This document shows, one piece after another, positions 10,155 through 19,689 of a stretch of 64,000 bases of DNA. This DNA is from Nostoc sp. DedSLP01 (lineage in GTDB: Bacteria; Cyanobacteriota; Cyanobacteriia; Cyanobacteriales; Nostocaceae): contig JAVRCJ020000008.1 of NCBI GenBank assembly GCA_034530875.2, forward strand, positions 128,001 to 192,000, given 5' to 3'. Below the pieces are notes generated by a model. It saw only the letters and a list, made by a program, of their open reading frames with translations, was not told the origin of the DNA and ran no database searches. The translations under genes were made by a program, and so were the position numbers. Position 1 is the stretch's first letter; each line of letters starts with the position of its first letter.

Positions 10155-12060
10155 AAAGACGGTACTCACAACTTGCAGCACCACAAAGATGTTCTTCCCA
10201 CTTCTGTCGAATGGGTTTGGGATTGAAAAAACCTTCGTTTTTCAAGCGGGTTTCATTTAGCAGTTCCTCAGCCCAATCTCGTAAAGGGCCGCGTAACCAA
10301 TTATCAATGGGAACTCCAAAACCTACTTTCGGACGCTCGATTAAACTTGGAGGTACATACTTATATAAAACTTGGCGTAACAGCCATTTCCCTTGTCCAT
10401 TACGGATTTTCATCGACAATGGTAAGCGCCAAGCAAATTCAACTAGCCGATGATCTAAGAAAGGTATACGTCCTTCTAAGCTTACCCCCATACTGGCTCG
10501 ATCTACTTTGACGAGAATATCGTCTGGTAGATAAGTCACGGTGTCGAGGTACATCATGCACTGGGTAAAGTCAGGTATATGTACCCAATTTTGGGAATCG
10601 CTTAAGGTTGTTGGTGGCTCTAAACTATCTATAACTAACGCTGTAGGATCTTCCCAGTGAGAAACTAACTTTGTATATATTGCTTTGGGATTGGGAAGTG
10701 CCATAATTTCGGAAAAGGTGTGTAATTTATTTCCGAATTGAGGTTGTTTGATGTTGGTTGGTAGGAAGGCATTAACATTAGCAAAACTGCGATTCCAACT
10801 TTGAGCCGATACGCTAGTCAAGGCGCGTGCAGAATTCTGACGCAGGGTTGTTGGTATCCAACCAATTGCTTGCCAAATTTTCCGACCCAATAAATAACGG
10901 TTATATCCGGCAAACAGTTCGTCTCCCCCATCCCCAGATAAACTAACAGTTACCTGTTGTTTGGCTAACTGCGACACCAAAAAGGTAGGAATTTGAGAGA
11001 CATCTGAAAAAGGTTCATCATAAAGAGTTGGTAGCTTGGGAATAACTTCTAGTGCCTGTTTGGGGTTGACATATAGTTCGGTGTGATGCGTACCTAAGTG
11101 TTGGGCGACGGCTTTGGCGTGTTTTGCTTCGTTGTAGGCTTCTTCATTAAAACCGATGGTAAAGGTTTTTACAGGTTGGCTGCTTTGTGCCTGCATTAAT
11201 GCAACTATGGTGGAAGAATCAATTCCTCCTGAGAGAAATGCACCTAATGGTACGTCTGCTACCATACGTAATGCTACTGCTTCTTTTAATAGAGCCTCTA
11301 GTTGGATGATAGCCTCCGATTCTGACCCCATAAATGGTTCAGCAATGCCCAATTCTGCCACTTCCCTGGCAGACCAGTAGGGAACTGGATCTGGATGAGC
11401 ATCGACACCGTTCCAGGAAAGGAGCGTTCCTGGTGGTAATTTGTAGATTCCTTGGTAGATTGAATAGGGTGCAGGAACGTAACAATATCGCAAAAGTAGT
11501 GTTAAGGCTTCGCGGTTAATTTCAGCCTGGAAATTGGGATGGACTTTTAGAGCTTTTAACTCAGAACTAAATAGAAACGTGCTACCTTGCCAACCATAAT
11601 AGAGGGGTTTTTCACCCAAGCGATCGCGCCCCAAATGTAAAATCCGTTCTTGGCGATCCCACAAAGCAAAAGCAAACATCCCATTAAAGCGCCTAATAGC
11701 TCGATCCAATCCCCACTCACTAAAACTCGCTAGCATGATCTCAGTATCAGAATGTCCGCGAAAATGATGACCTAATTGAGTCAGCTCGCGCCGTAATTCT
11801 AAAAAGTTATAAATTTCCCCATTAAATATAAGCACATAGCGACCGTTGGCAGACATCATGGGTTGATGCCCTTCGGGAGAGAGATCGACAATGGATAAGC
11901 GCCGATGTCCTAAACCAATTCCTACCTCTACATCTGTCCAAATTCCCCCATCGTCGGGGCCTCGATGTAGTAAGGTTTTTGACATTTTTTCAGTCGTCTG
12001 ATGCAAATCATCGACACCGAATCGTTTAGATATATCCCAAAAGCCAGTAATGCCACACAT
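10111..12060 (-). CDS. asnB: Asparagine synthase (glutamine-hydrolyzing), AsnB-family amidotransferase
   Basis: N-terminal MCGITG nucleophile, HRGPD, FNGEIYN, LSGGIDSS, SGDGGDELFAGY, KVDRASM. Confidence 0.95.
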   Translation of the reverse strand: MCGITGFWDISKRFGVDDLHQTTEKMSKTLLHRGPDDGGIWTDVEVGIGLGHRRLSIVDLSPEGHQPMMSANGRYVLIFNGEIYNFLELRRELTQLGHHFRGHSDTEIMLASFSEWGLDRAIRRFNGMFAFALWDRQERILHLGRDRLGEKPLYYGWQGSTFLFSSELKALKVHPNFQAEINREALTLLLRYCYVPAPYSIYQGIYKLPPGTLLSWNGVDAHPDPVPYWSAREVAELGIAEPFMGSESEAIIQLEALLKEAVALRMVADVPLGAFLSGGIDSSTIVALMQAQSSQPVKTFTIGFNEEAYNEAKHAKAVAQHLGTHHTELYVNPKQALEVIPKLPTLYDEPFSDVSQIPTFLVSQLAKQQVTVSLSGDGGDELFAGYNRYLLGRKIWQAIGWIPTTLRQNSARALTSVSAQSWNRSFANVNAFLPTNIKQPQFGNKLHTFSEIMALPNPKAIYTKLVSHWEDPTALVIDSLEPPTTLSDSQNWVHIPDFTQCMMYLDTVTYLPDDILVKVDRASMGVSLEGRIPFLDHRLVEFAWRLPLSMKIRNGQGKWLLRQVLYKYVPPSLIERPKVGFGVPIDNWLRGPLRDWAEELLNETRLKNEGFFNPKPIRQKWEEHLCGAASCEYRLWDVLMFQAWLEANT

Positions 12061-12276
12061 GGGTATTAAACCTTTATGTTTAATTATTTAAATTCTCGAA
12101 ATAAGAAGTTTTTTCTAATTAATATATTTACATGTATGGGATAATCCACAATCAAGTAATTAGGAATAAACTTACATCCATTTATGCAGATGCTTGGTGA
12201 CTAGCTAATGCTATGCTATTAGCAAGCTACACAGAATTAAATTTCGATTTCCCAATTCTAACTTCTCAAGTCTTAT

Positions 12277-13410
12277 TCAATTAGACAAGATTTTTTCATA
12301 GACTAATTCATATTTAGCGACAACAGAATTCAAAGAAAAATCTTCAATAATTCTACCTCGCGCTGCTTTGCCTAAAATGTTTCTACCTTCGTTGCCTAAA
12401 GCAATTAATTCTTTCCAAGCAGCGGCTAGCATCTTGGGGTTTCGTGGTGGGACTACTTTTCCTGTGTTACCTACAATCCAAGCTGAATCGCCAACATCTG
12501 TGACTACGCAGGGAATGCCGCAAGACATTGCTTCTCCAACAACTAAAGGAAATGCTTCACCATAAGCGGAGGCAGAAGTAAAAATATCAAGACTGGCGAT
12601 GAGACGAGGAATATCTTTTCGCTCTCCTAAAAGAGATATGCGATCGCCGATACCTAATTCTTTAATTTGTTGACTTAAGGTAGGATTATCTCTATCGACT
12701 CCCTGACCGATCGCCACGAAGTTGATATTAGGATACTCTTTTAATAAAAGTGCAGCGGCTTGCATAAAATTTGCATGATCCTTCATCGGGTGATAACGAC
12801 ATATCAACCCAATGAGCAGAGATTCCTCAGGCAAATTTAACTCTGAGCGAACATCAATTCGCTCTGTCAATGAAGGGGAAAACAAGAAGGTATCAAAACC
12901 ATTAGGAATTATACTGCTATTGTGGCTCGAATATCCTAAAGCTTCATGCTGCAACTTACTGTTTTGAGAAACAAATAATACTTGTTTAGGAATGTGAGAG
13001 ATATAAGCGCCAAATTTAATAATAGCGACGGTCATTTTTTTATCTGATTTTAGAGAATCAATTGAATAATGAATACTCCAAAAAACAGGAATTTTTAGAC
13101 CGTTAAAAAAGCTGGCAAAGAGTGCGGCTAAATTGCCATGATACATCCAGCCTTGAATTGCATCTGGTTGAAGTTGAGAAACAAGACGAAGTAAGCGCCA
13201 AATGTGGACTGGCGTGGGAATGCCTCGATGCATACCAATAGTGTGAACTGGAATGCCTAATGCCTCAATGCGATCGCCCAAGGTACCGCGATCCATTAAA
13301 GAAACTACAATTGGCTCAAACCGCTTTCTATTTATCTGAGAAAGCAGTTTGTAGAGCATCATTTCTGCACCGCCAGTAGGTAATCCAGTAATAATATAAA
13401 GAATTTTCAT
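12277..13410 (-). CDS. Glycosyltransferase family 4 (WbnK-like)
   Basis: GGAEMMLYKL, GWMYH, IPNGFD, RYHPMKDH, EAFPLVVGEAMSCG. Confidence 0.92.
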   Translation of the reverse strand: MKILYIITGLPTGGAEMMLYKLLSQINRKRFEPIVVSLMDRGTLGDRIEALGIPVHTIGMHRGIPTPVHIWRLLRLVSQLQPDAIQGWMYHGNLAALFASFFNGLKIPVFWSIHYSIDSLKSDKKMTVAIIKFGAYISHIPKQVLFVSQNSKLQHEALGYSSHNSSIIPNGFDTFLFSPSLTERIDVRSELNLPEESLLIGLICRYHPMKDHANFMQAAALLLKEYPNINFVAIGQGVDRDNPTLSQQIKELGIGDRISLLGERKDIPRLIASLDIFTSASAYGEAFPLVVGEAMSCGIPCVVTDVGDSAWIVGNTGKVVPPRNPKMLAAAWKELIALGNEGRNILGKAARGRIIEDFSLNSVVAKYELVYEKILSN

Positions 13411-14648
13411 AATTGATAATTAAGTCTTTGATTGCTCTGATTCATAGTAGCCATTAGCGAAAATGTCATTAAGTGAAAGCGTTGCTCTACAATGTTATGA
13501 CTGAAGAAACCCCAAATCAGATAAAAACTCACAAATCCCCAAATAATATATTTATTTTTTGCCTTATAGGAACAAGTTACTGCATAAATTAATAACGGAT
13601 AAATCAAAGCACCTATAATTCCATGATCGGTCATAAAATATAAGTACATATTGTGTGTAGATATATCATGTGTAGATAATCCTCCAACACTTAAACCGCG
13701 AGTCGAACCGATGCCATTACCAATGAACGGATGTTCGCTAAACATTTGCCAAGCAATTTTTACAACCTCGATTCGAGCCAAAGCAGCATCGTCATCAGTA
13801 GTAGAAGGAGAACCAAATTCTTGCAATCTTCCCAGAACATTATCATTTATCAAGCCCATATCTTGCAGACTATCTAAATCGAATAAATTTCCCGTTATTC
13901 CTCCCACAAAAGCAATCATTATTCCTAATCCCACAAGCCACAAAAATAATTGGCGGCGAGGAGTCACATTCGCATTAGTCAAGATAATCATTACTACGAT
14001 CCAACCAATTAGGGAACCGCGCGAAAATGTGAGAAAAACACCAACGCCGATTATTAAAGCGAAAGGAATTCGATATTTTGGTTGTAATAAATCTACGCCA
14101 AAAATTAAACTCAGAACCAAGGCACAACCAGATGTATTAGGATTTATATAAAACCCTGCTGCACGTCCTGTTTCATTGACTGCACTAAATGTTAAAGGAT
14201 TAAAAAACTCATATATATTAACGATTGTACTTAATAAACCAACAAGAATAATTGCATATCTTGTAAAAATTTGAATTAAATAATATTTAGAAAGAATGAG
14301 CGATATTAGCACTAAAAAAATTATAGATAATATTCTGGTTCTGAGTTCTTGGAATGCTTCCGGAGTTGATGAAAATAGCCAAAAATAAAATAATGAAATT
14401 ACAAAATACCCAAAACACCATATCAGTAAGCTTTTTGGTAAAAACTTTTCTCTGGAAGGAAACAAAAAAATGATTGGTGTCGAAGCTACAATCAGAAGGA
14501 TAATCCAATGTAAAGGTTCTAAAGACAGGATTCCGGCAGTTTGCCAATAAACATCAAGATTGGTAAAAAAAATTAAGACAGCTACTACAGCTAACCCACA
14601 TTGATAATAAGTTAGGAAATTAGTTTTTTTGTGGATATCTATAATCAT
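13407..14648 (-). CDS. O-antigen ligase / Wzy polymerase family membrane protein
   Basis: Many TM segments; RAAGFYINPN, LTFSRG, HPFIGNGIG, THNMYL; ATGA overlap with the next gene. Confidence 0.85.
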   Translation of the reverse strand: MIIDIHKKTNFLTYYQCGLAVVAVLIFFTNLDVYWQTAGILSLEPLHWIILLIVASTPIIFLFPSREKFLPKSLLIWCFGYFVISLFYFWLFSSTPEAFQELRTRILSIIFLVLISLILSKYYLIQIFTRYAIILVGLLSTIVNIYEFFNPLTFSAVNETGRAAGFYINPNTSGCALVLSLIFGVDLLQPKYRIPFALIIGVGVFLTFSRGSLIGWIVVMIILTNANVTPRRQLFLWLVGLGIMIAFVGGITGNLFDLDSLQDMGLINDNVLGRLQEFGSPSTTDDDAALARIEVVKIAWQMFSEHPFIGNGIGSTRGLSVGGLSTHDISTHNMYLYFMTDHGIIGALIYPLLIYAVTCSYKAKNKYIIWGFVSFYLIWGFFSHNIVEQRFHLMTFSLMATMNQSNQRLNYQL

Positions 14649-15781
14649 GAGAGACTTTTAGATAAAAGAGCATTTTGGGTTTTTAAACTCAGATTTAATA
14701 CTGAAAAATCAGAGATTACCCGCTGTCGAATATGCTTGGAAGAGTAATCTTTACTGCTAATAAAATTGATTAAACTTGCAATTCCAGTTTTCAACGCCTC
14801 TGGATTACTCGGTGGTACAACCACGCCGCCTGTATCGCCGATAATCCAAGCCGAATCACCGACATCGGTGACAACAGACGGTACTCCACAAGCCATCGCC
14901 TCTCCAATGACATTAGAAAATCCTTCTCCATAGCTAGAAGACGAACAAGTGATATCCAAGGCATTGTAAATCGCAGACATATCAGCCCGCCCTCCAGCCC
15001 AAATCACTTTTTCGCTAATTCCTAGTTCGTTGGTTAATTGATAGAGTTCTTGTGCATAGTTCTCCGATCCCGTACCGACACAAACAAAACGAACATCTTC
15101 TCGTTCTTGACACAACAATGCTGCTGCTTTGAGAAAGGTCGGATGATCCTTCATCGGATCTAAGCGCCCTATTAAACCAATCAAAATCGTATCTTTGGGA
15201 ATTTTCCATTCTGTTCGCACCTGTAAACCAGTTGCGAGATTGGGCTGAAAACGTTCAGTATCAATGCCATTGGGAATAACTACCATTTTGTTGGCAGGAA
15301 ATCCATGAGACAGATGATAAGCATGGCCGGCATGGGAATTGACAATAATTAGATCTACAAAACGAGAAAGCAAACATTCAAGCTCAAAGATTAAACGGTC
15401 TAACCAATCATAGCTATCAAGGCTGATATTAGAATCACGAATTCCCCAAATGATAAAAGTTGAAGGTAAAAAAGGTTTTAAGAAGAGAGTGAGTAAATTA
15501 GATTCGCTGAGATATCCGTGTAAATAGTCAGGTTGTATTCGTTTTAAATGTGCAAAAAGTCGCCATATAAAGCCAAATATATCCCAACGTTCTCGTTTTT
15601 CTAAACAGATGGTTTGGATACGATTATCTTCTAAATCTTTCTGTAAAAAACCGTCTGCATAGAAGAAAATTACAGTGATGTCAAATTTGTCTTTATCGAG
15701 ATTTTTGACGAGGGTAATTAATTGTCTTTGAGCGCCGCCATAGCCCAGATCGCGAATGAGAAATACAATTTTCTTTTTCAT
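14645..15781 (-). CDS. Glycosyltransferase family 4 (WbnK-like)
   Basis: GGAQRQL, IPNGID, RLDPMKDH, EGFSNVIGEAMACG. Confidence 0.92.
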   Translation of the reverse strand: MKKKIVFLIRDLGYGGAQRQLITLVKNLDKDKFDITVIFFYADGFLQKDLEDNRIQTICLEKRERWDIFGFIWRLFAHLKRIQPDYLHGYLSESNLLTLFLKPFLPSTFIIWGIRDSNISLDSYDWLDRLIFELECLLSRFVDLIIVNSHAGHAYHLSHGFPANKMVVIPNGIDTERFQPNLATGLQVRTEWKIPKDTILIGLIGRLDPMKDHPTFLKAAALLCQEREDVRFVCVGTGSENYAQELYQLTNELGISEKVIWAGGRADMSAIYNALDITCSSSSYGEGFSNVIGEAMACGVPSVVTDVGDSAWIIGDTGGVVVPPSNPEALKTGIASLINFISSKDYSSKHIRQRVISDFSVLNLSLKTQNALLSKSLS

Positions 15782-15799
15782 AAATTAAATAAATTATAG

Positions 15800-17128
15800 C
15801 TAAATTTCTGAAATAGTATATCGATATTTACCAGAAGCAGCGTGGGGAATATCATTTACAAATTCAAAATTAACAACACAATCTTTACCCAGAACTGTTT
15901 GACATTTGATGACAATATCATTTAGCTCTTCTGGTTGATAGCTAAACCTAGTATCTTGAATAATTTTAATAGATATATGTGAGTAATCTTTTTGGACAAT
16001 TTGAAATTTTTTTACCCATTCTTTAAAATATAGAAGGTGAGTAAAATATTCTCCATCTATCAAAGTTCCATCTTGAGTTTTAAAAGTATCAACATTCCTA
16101 CCGGTAACATAATCTAATATTTGTCCTGAGTGATATTCATTAGATAAAGCACCGCGATCGCCAATTTTATAACGAATTAAAGGCATTGCGAAGTTTTTCA
16201 AACATGTAACCACAATATTACCTTCAACTCCTGGCGGCACTGGTTTATTGTTATCATCTACAATCTCGATATAATTACCCCAAGGAGCTACCCACAAACC
16301 TTTATAGCCAGGACGTTCGCATGCTATATTGCTAACTTCTCTGGAACCATAACGATTAAACACCTGACACTGAAACACCCTTTCAATCTGCTCTCTCATC
16401 CAGGAATATAGCGTACCAGCAGAAGTGATAATAGCGTTTTGAGGAACAATTTGTATATCTTCGCTTTCAGCAAATTTTGCCAATTCATATACAGCTTGTG
16501 CATAAGCAATAATTAACTGCGGACGCTTTCCATTTAGCGATTCAATAAATGTTCTCATGCTTTCTGGAGTCATTCTAAAAGCATTCAGATAAATTGTATT
16601 ACTCAGAAAGTTGAAAAAATTAACTTTCCATCCTTTCGTACCTTTAATAACTTCTCGCTCTGAACCCCATAAATAAGCTTCTAGTTCGCCAATTTCTCGT
16701 CCAACTAAACGAGAATAAAGTAAGGTAATCGCCTCAGATATATCGGCGTATTGTTTATCCTGGATAATCTTTATCGGTTCTCCAGTCGAGCCACCTGAGG
16801 TATTAAAATACCACTGACGTTGTACTAAATCAGTAGATTTTAATTGTTCAAAATTTTGGCGAATTATATCCTTAGTTAAAATAGGCAGTCGAGTTAGGCA
16901 TAATTCTGGCTCTTGGAGCAGCAATTCTTCTAAGCCGATCTGATTTAGATAATCCGCATAATAAGGCACATTATATTTGCAATGTAATAAAAGTTTTGTT
17001 AGTAAATTTTTAGTTGTATCTAAATTGATATTAAAAGTAGATTGTTGTTGAAATTGTTGATATAATTGACCAACTTGATAACCTCTAAAATTAGCATAAT
17101 AAAAATAAATAAATTTCCTAAAATTCAT
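15800..17128 (-). CDS. Phenylacetate-CoA ligase family adenylate-forming enzyme (CapK-like)
   Basis: TSGGSTGEP, RYGSREV, MPLIRYKIGD, GRNVD, SGKYR. Confidence 0.88.
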   Translation of the reverse strand: MNFRKFIYFYYANFRGYQVGQLYQQFQQQSTFNINLDTTKNLLTKLLLHCKYNVPYYADYLNQIGLEELLLQEPELCLTRLPILTKDIIRQNFEQLKSTDLVQRQWYFNTSGGSTGEPIKIIQDKQYADISEAITLLYSRLVGREIGELEAYLWGSEREVIKGTKGWKVNFFNFLSNTIYLNAFRMTPESMRTFIESLNGKRPQLIIAYAQAVYELAKFAESEDIQIVPQNAIITSAGTLYSWMREQIERVFQCQVFNRYGSREVSNIACERPGYKGLWVAPWGNYIEIVDDNNKPVPPGVEGNIVVTCLKNFAMPLIRYKIGDRGALSNEYHSGQILDYVTGRNVDTFKTQDGTLIDGEYFTHLLYFKEWVKKFQIVQKDYSHISIKIIQDTRFSYQPEELNDIVIKCQTVLGKDCVVNFEFVNDIPHAASGKYRYTISEI

Positions 17129-18237
17129 TATTTCACAACCTCTTTAACAACAACTTCCCACATTTCCATAATTTTCTCGATGCTAAAACGTTCAGTAATA
17201 TCTGATGCATAGGTTGCTAGCCTTTGTCGCTTTTGTTGGTCAGACATTAGAAGTTTCATCGCTACAGCTAATGCTGAAACATCCTCATTAGGTACTAATA
17301 AACCATCTATGCCATCGCGAATAATTTCTCTAGGCCCATTGGGACAGTCTGTAGAAATAACTGGTAGCCCAGAAGCCATTGCTTCACATAGTGCGTTGGG
17401 AAAGCCTTCAAACCGTGAGGACATCACGTAAATATCAGCTTCTTGGAGAATTTCATAAATATTCTTTACTCTTCCCGGAAAATCAACGCGGTCATTAAGC
17501 CCTAAACGCTCGGACAACTCTTTCAAATCTAAACGTAAAACTCCTTCTCCCAAGATAATTAACTGCCATTCGGGAAAATCATCTTTCAAATTAGCGAAAG
17601 CTTGTAGTAACAAATCAAAACCTTTTTGTTTTTCCAGTCGTCCTACAGCAATCAATAATCTTTGCCCAGGTAATTTATGAGATAATTCTTTGGATTTTGA
17701 TAATTTCGTAGGTGGTGATAATACTGGATTAGGAATCACATAAATGCGGGTTTGTAAACTGGATGGAAAATAATTGAATGCCCTTTGAGTTTGAACAATA
17801 ATTCGTTTTGCAAATGGATAAGTCCATTGACGAAGTTTCGCCCAAATCGAGCTTTTGCCAAGAGCAATTTCTGGGTTATTACGCTCCGAAACTAAAACTG
17901 GCACATTTAAACCTCTAGTTGCTAGCAGGGTGATTACATTTGCCTCACTCATAAAGCTAATCACAATCTCTGGATTGCTAGCAGAAATAGCAAGTCGTAG
18001 TTTATAAATCCGGTACAAGTTATTTTTGATTGCTGCTATGAAATTAGAAGAATCTTTGTCTATATATAAAGGAACATAATTAATCCTCGAATCTAGATGA
18101 TAAAACGGAGGCTGATGTCCAAAAAAAGTCAACAAAGTAATTTGCCATCCTTTAGCAGCCCAGTAATTGGATACGATCGATAAAACTCGTTCGGCACCAC
18201 CTGAATAAAGTGAAGGTATGATAAGTGTTACTCGCAT
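17128..18237 (-). CDS. Glycosyltransferase family 4 (AmsD/PglH-like)
   Basis: GGAERV, VSERN, VGRLEKQKGFDLL, SRFEGFPNALCEAMASG, CPNGPREII. Confidence 0.92.
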   Translation of the reverse strand: MRVTLIIPSLYSGGAERVLSIVSNYWAAKGWQITLLTFFGHQPPFYHLDSRINYVPLYIDKDSSNFIAAIKNNLYRIYKLRLAISASNPEIVISFMSEANVITLLATRGLNVPVLVSERNNPEIALGKSSIWAKLRQWTYPFAKRIIVQTQRAFNYFPSSLQTRIYVIPNPVLSPPTKLSKSKELSHKLPGQRLLIAVGRLEKQKGFDLLLQAFANLKDDFPEWQLIILGEGVLRLDLKELSERLGLNDRVDFPGRVKNIYEILQEADIYVMSSRFEGFPNALCEAMASGLPVISTDCPNGPREIIRDGIDGLLVPNEDVSALAVAMKLLMSDQQKRQRLATYASDITERFSIEKIMEMWEVVVKEVVK

Positions 18238-18264
18238 TTTGTTTACTAATGGGTAGGCTATTCG

Positions 18265-19650
18265 TCATTCTGAAGTATTTGGTACTATAGCTTTTTTCTG
18301 AAGTTTCTTAACTGCAAAAAACAGTAGGAAGAAGAAAGAGAAAATATAAACACAGGATGTTGATAAAGCAATACCGGCAACTCCTAACCACTGGATGAAT
18401 AGATAGTCTAAAACAATGTTGATCGTAAGATTAAAACCAGATCCCCACATTAGGATTTGATTAGATCGTGTTGCTGATATGAAGCGGACTACCAAAATAC
18501 CCGGGCCGCGTAAAGGTATTTGCAAAGCGTTAAAAGCTTGGATATTAGCTACTAATTGAGTATCGTTGGCCGTAAATAAGCCTCTTTGAAAAAGTATTTT
18601 TACTATCGGCTCAGAAAATATAATTAGCAGTAATGCTATTGGTAAAGCAGCTGCAAATATAGACTTCATATAACGCTTTAATGTCTGACTTACTCCTACC
18701 CAATCTTCGTGCGCTACCATCTTGGAAAAATAGGGAATGACTGCGGTACTCAATGCTTGAGTCATTAAAGTTATTGGGAATGCAGTTAAGCGATTACCAT
18801 AGTTGAGTGCTGCTACACTTCCGGGCAATAAAGTTGCGGCCATTGCTTGATCGACTATTCCCGTGCTGCACATCAAAAAGCCTCCAGCAATCATTGGAGC
18901 ATACTGGCTTGCTACTTGACGTAAGTTATCGTCAAATCCATACCATCTTGGAAGTAAGGAAACTTTTTGTCGGCGTAGTGCAATACCCAAGAGAGTTATT
19001 TCCAAAAATGCACCGCCGACAAGCCCTACTCCTAAAGCAAATACACCCCAAAACTTTGCTCCGAATAAGAGTAAAACAATAGTAATAATTGGAGTAATTA
19101 TTGGACTGAGAGCTGTTAAAGCAAAACGCTCTCCTGCATTTAAAACAGCGCTCCAAATTGTGACAACTCCAGTCAACATTACAATTGGCGAAATTACACA
19201 AAGCAGTTTAAAAGTCAGACTTATTTTTTCAGCGCTGAATCCTGATGCCAGCTGTGGCAAGTATTGTGGTGCAGATGCCACTATAAATATCGTAGTAATT
19301 CCTAAGAGTCCTAAACTCCAAACCGTAGCTCCAGAAAAAAGTCTTTGAGCTGCTTTTATTCCCTGTTGTTCTCGTACTCGTATATATGTTGGAATCAGAG
19401 CAGCATTAAAAGACCCAGCTACGACATTAATAATAAACTCTGGAACTAGCAAAGCAATTAAAAATGCATCGAGTTCGTCTCCCGTCCCAAATTTCCAAGC
19501 AATAACGATTTCTTTGAGCGCAGCCATCACTTTGACTAATCCTGTGCCAAAGGCAACCGTAATCGCTGCACTCAAAATTTTGCGGTTGACAGAACCACTA
19601 GTCAATTTCTTCCAGTAATCAAGTAAGTTATGCAATCGCCAAAGTTTCAT
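18265..19650 (-). CDS. MurJ/MviN-like MOP flippase
   Basis: About 12 TM segments; KEIVIAWKFGTGDELDAF, GSVAALNYGNRL, LFQRGLFT. Confidence 0.85.
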   Translation of the reverse strand: MKLWRLHNLLDYWKKLTSGSVNRKILSAAITVAFGTGLVKVMAALKEIVIAWKFGTGDELDAFLIALLVPEFIINVVAGSFNAALIPTYIRVREQQGIKAAQRLFSGATVWSLGLLGITTIFIVASAPQYLPQLASGFSAEKISLTFKLLCVISPIVMLTGVVTIWSAVLNAGERFALTALSPIITPIITIVLLLFGAKFWGVFALGVGLVGGAFLEITLLGIALRRQKVSLLPRWYGFDDNLRQVASQYAPMIAGGFLMCSTGIVDQAMAATLLPGSVAALNYGNRLTAFPITLMTQALSTAVIPYFSKMVAHEDWVGVSQTLKRYMKSIFAAALPIALLLIIFSEPIVKILFQRGLFTANDTQLVANIQAFNALQIPLRGPGILVVRFISATRSNQILMWGSGFNLTINIVLDYLFIQWLGVAGIALSTSCVYIFSFFFLLFFAVKKLQKKAIVPNTSE

Positions 19651-19689
19651 ATAATTAATCCAAGAACCACTAGGTTTAGCTGAGTAAAC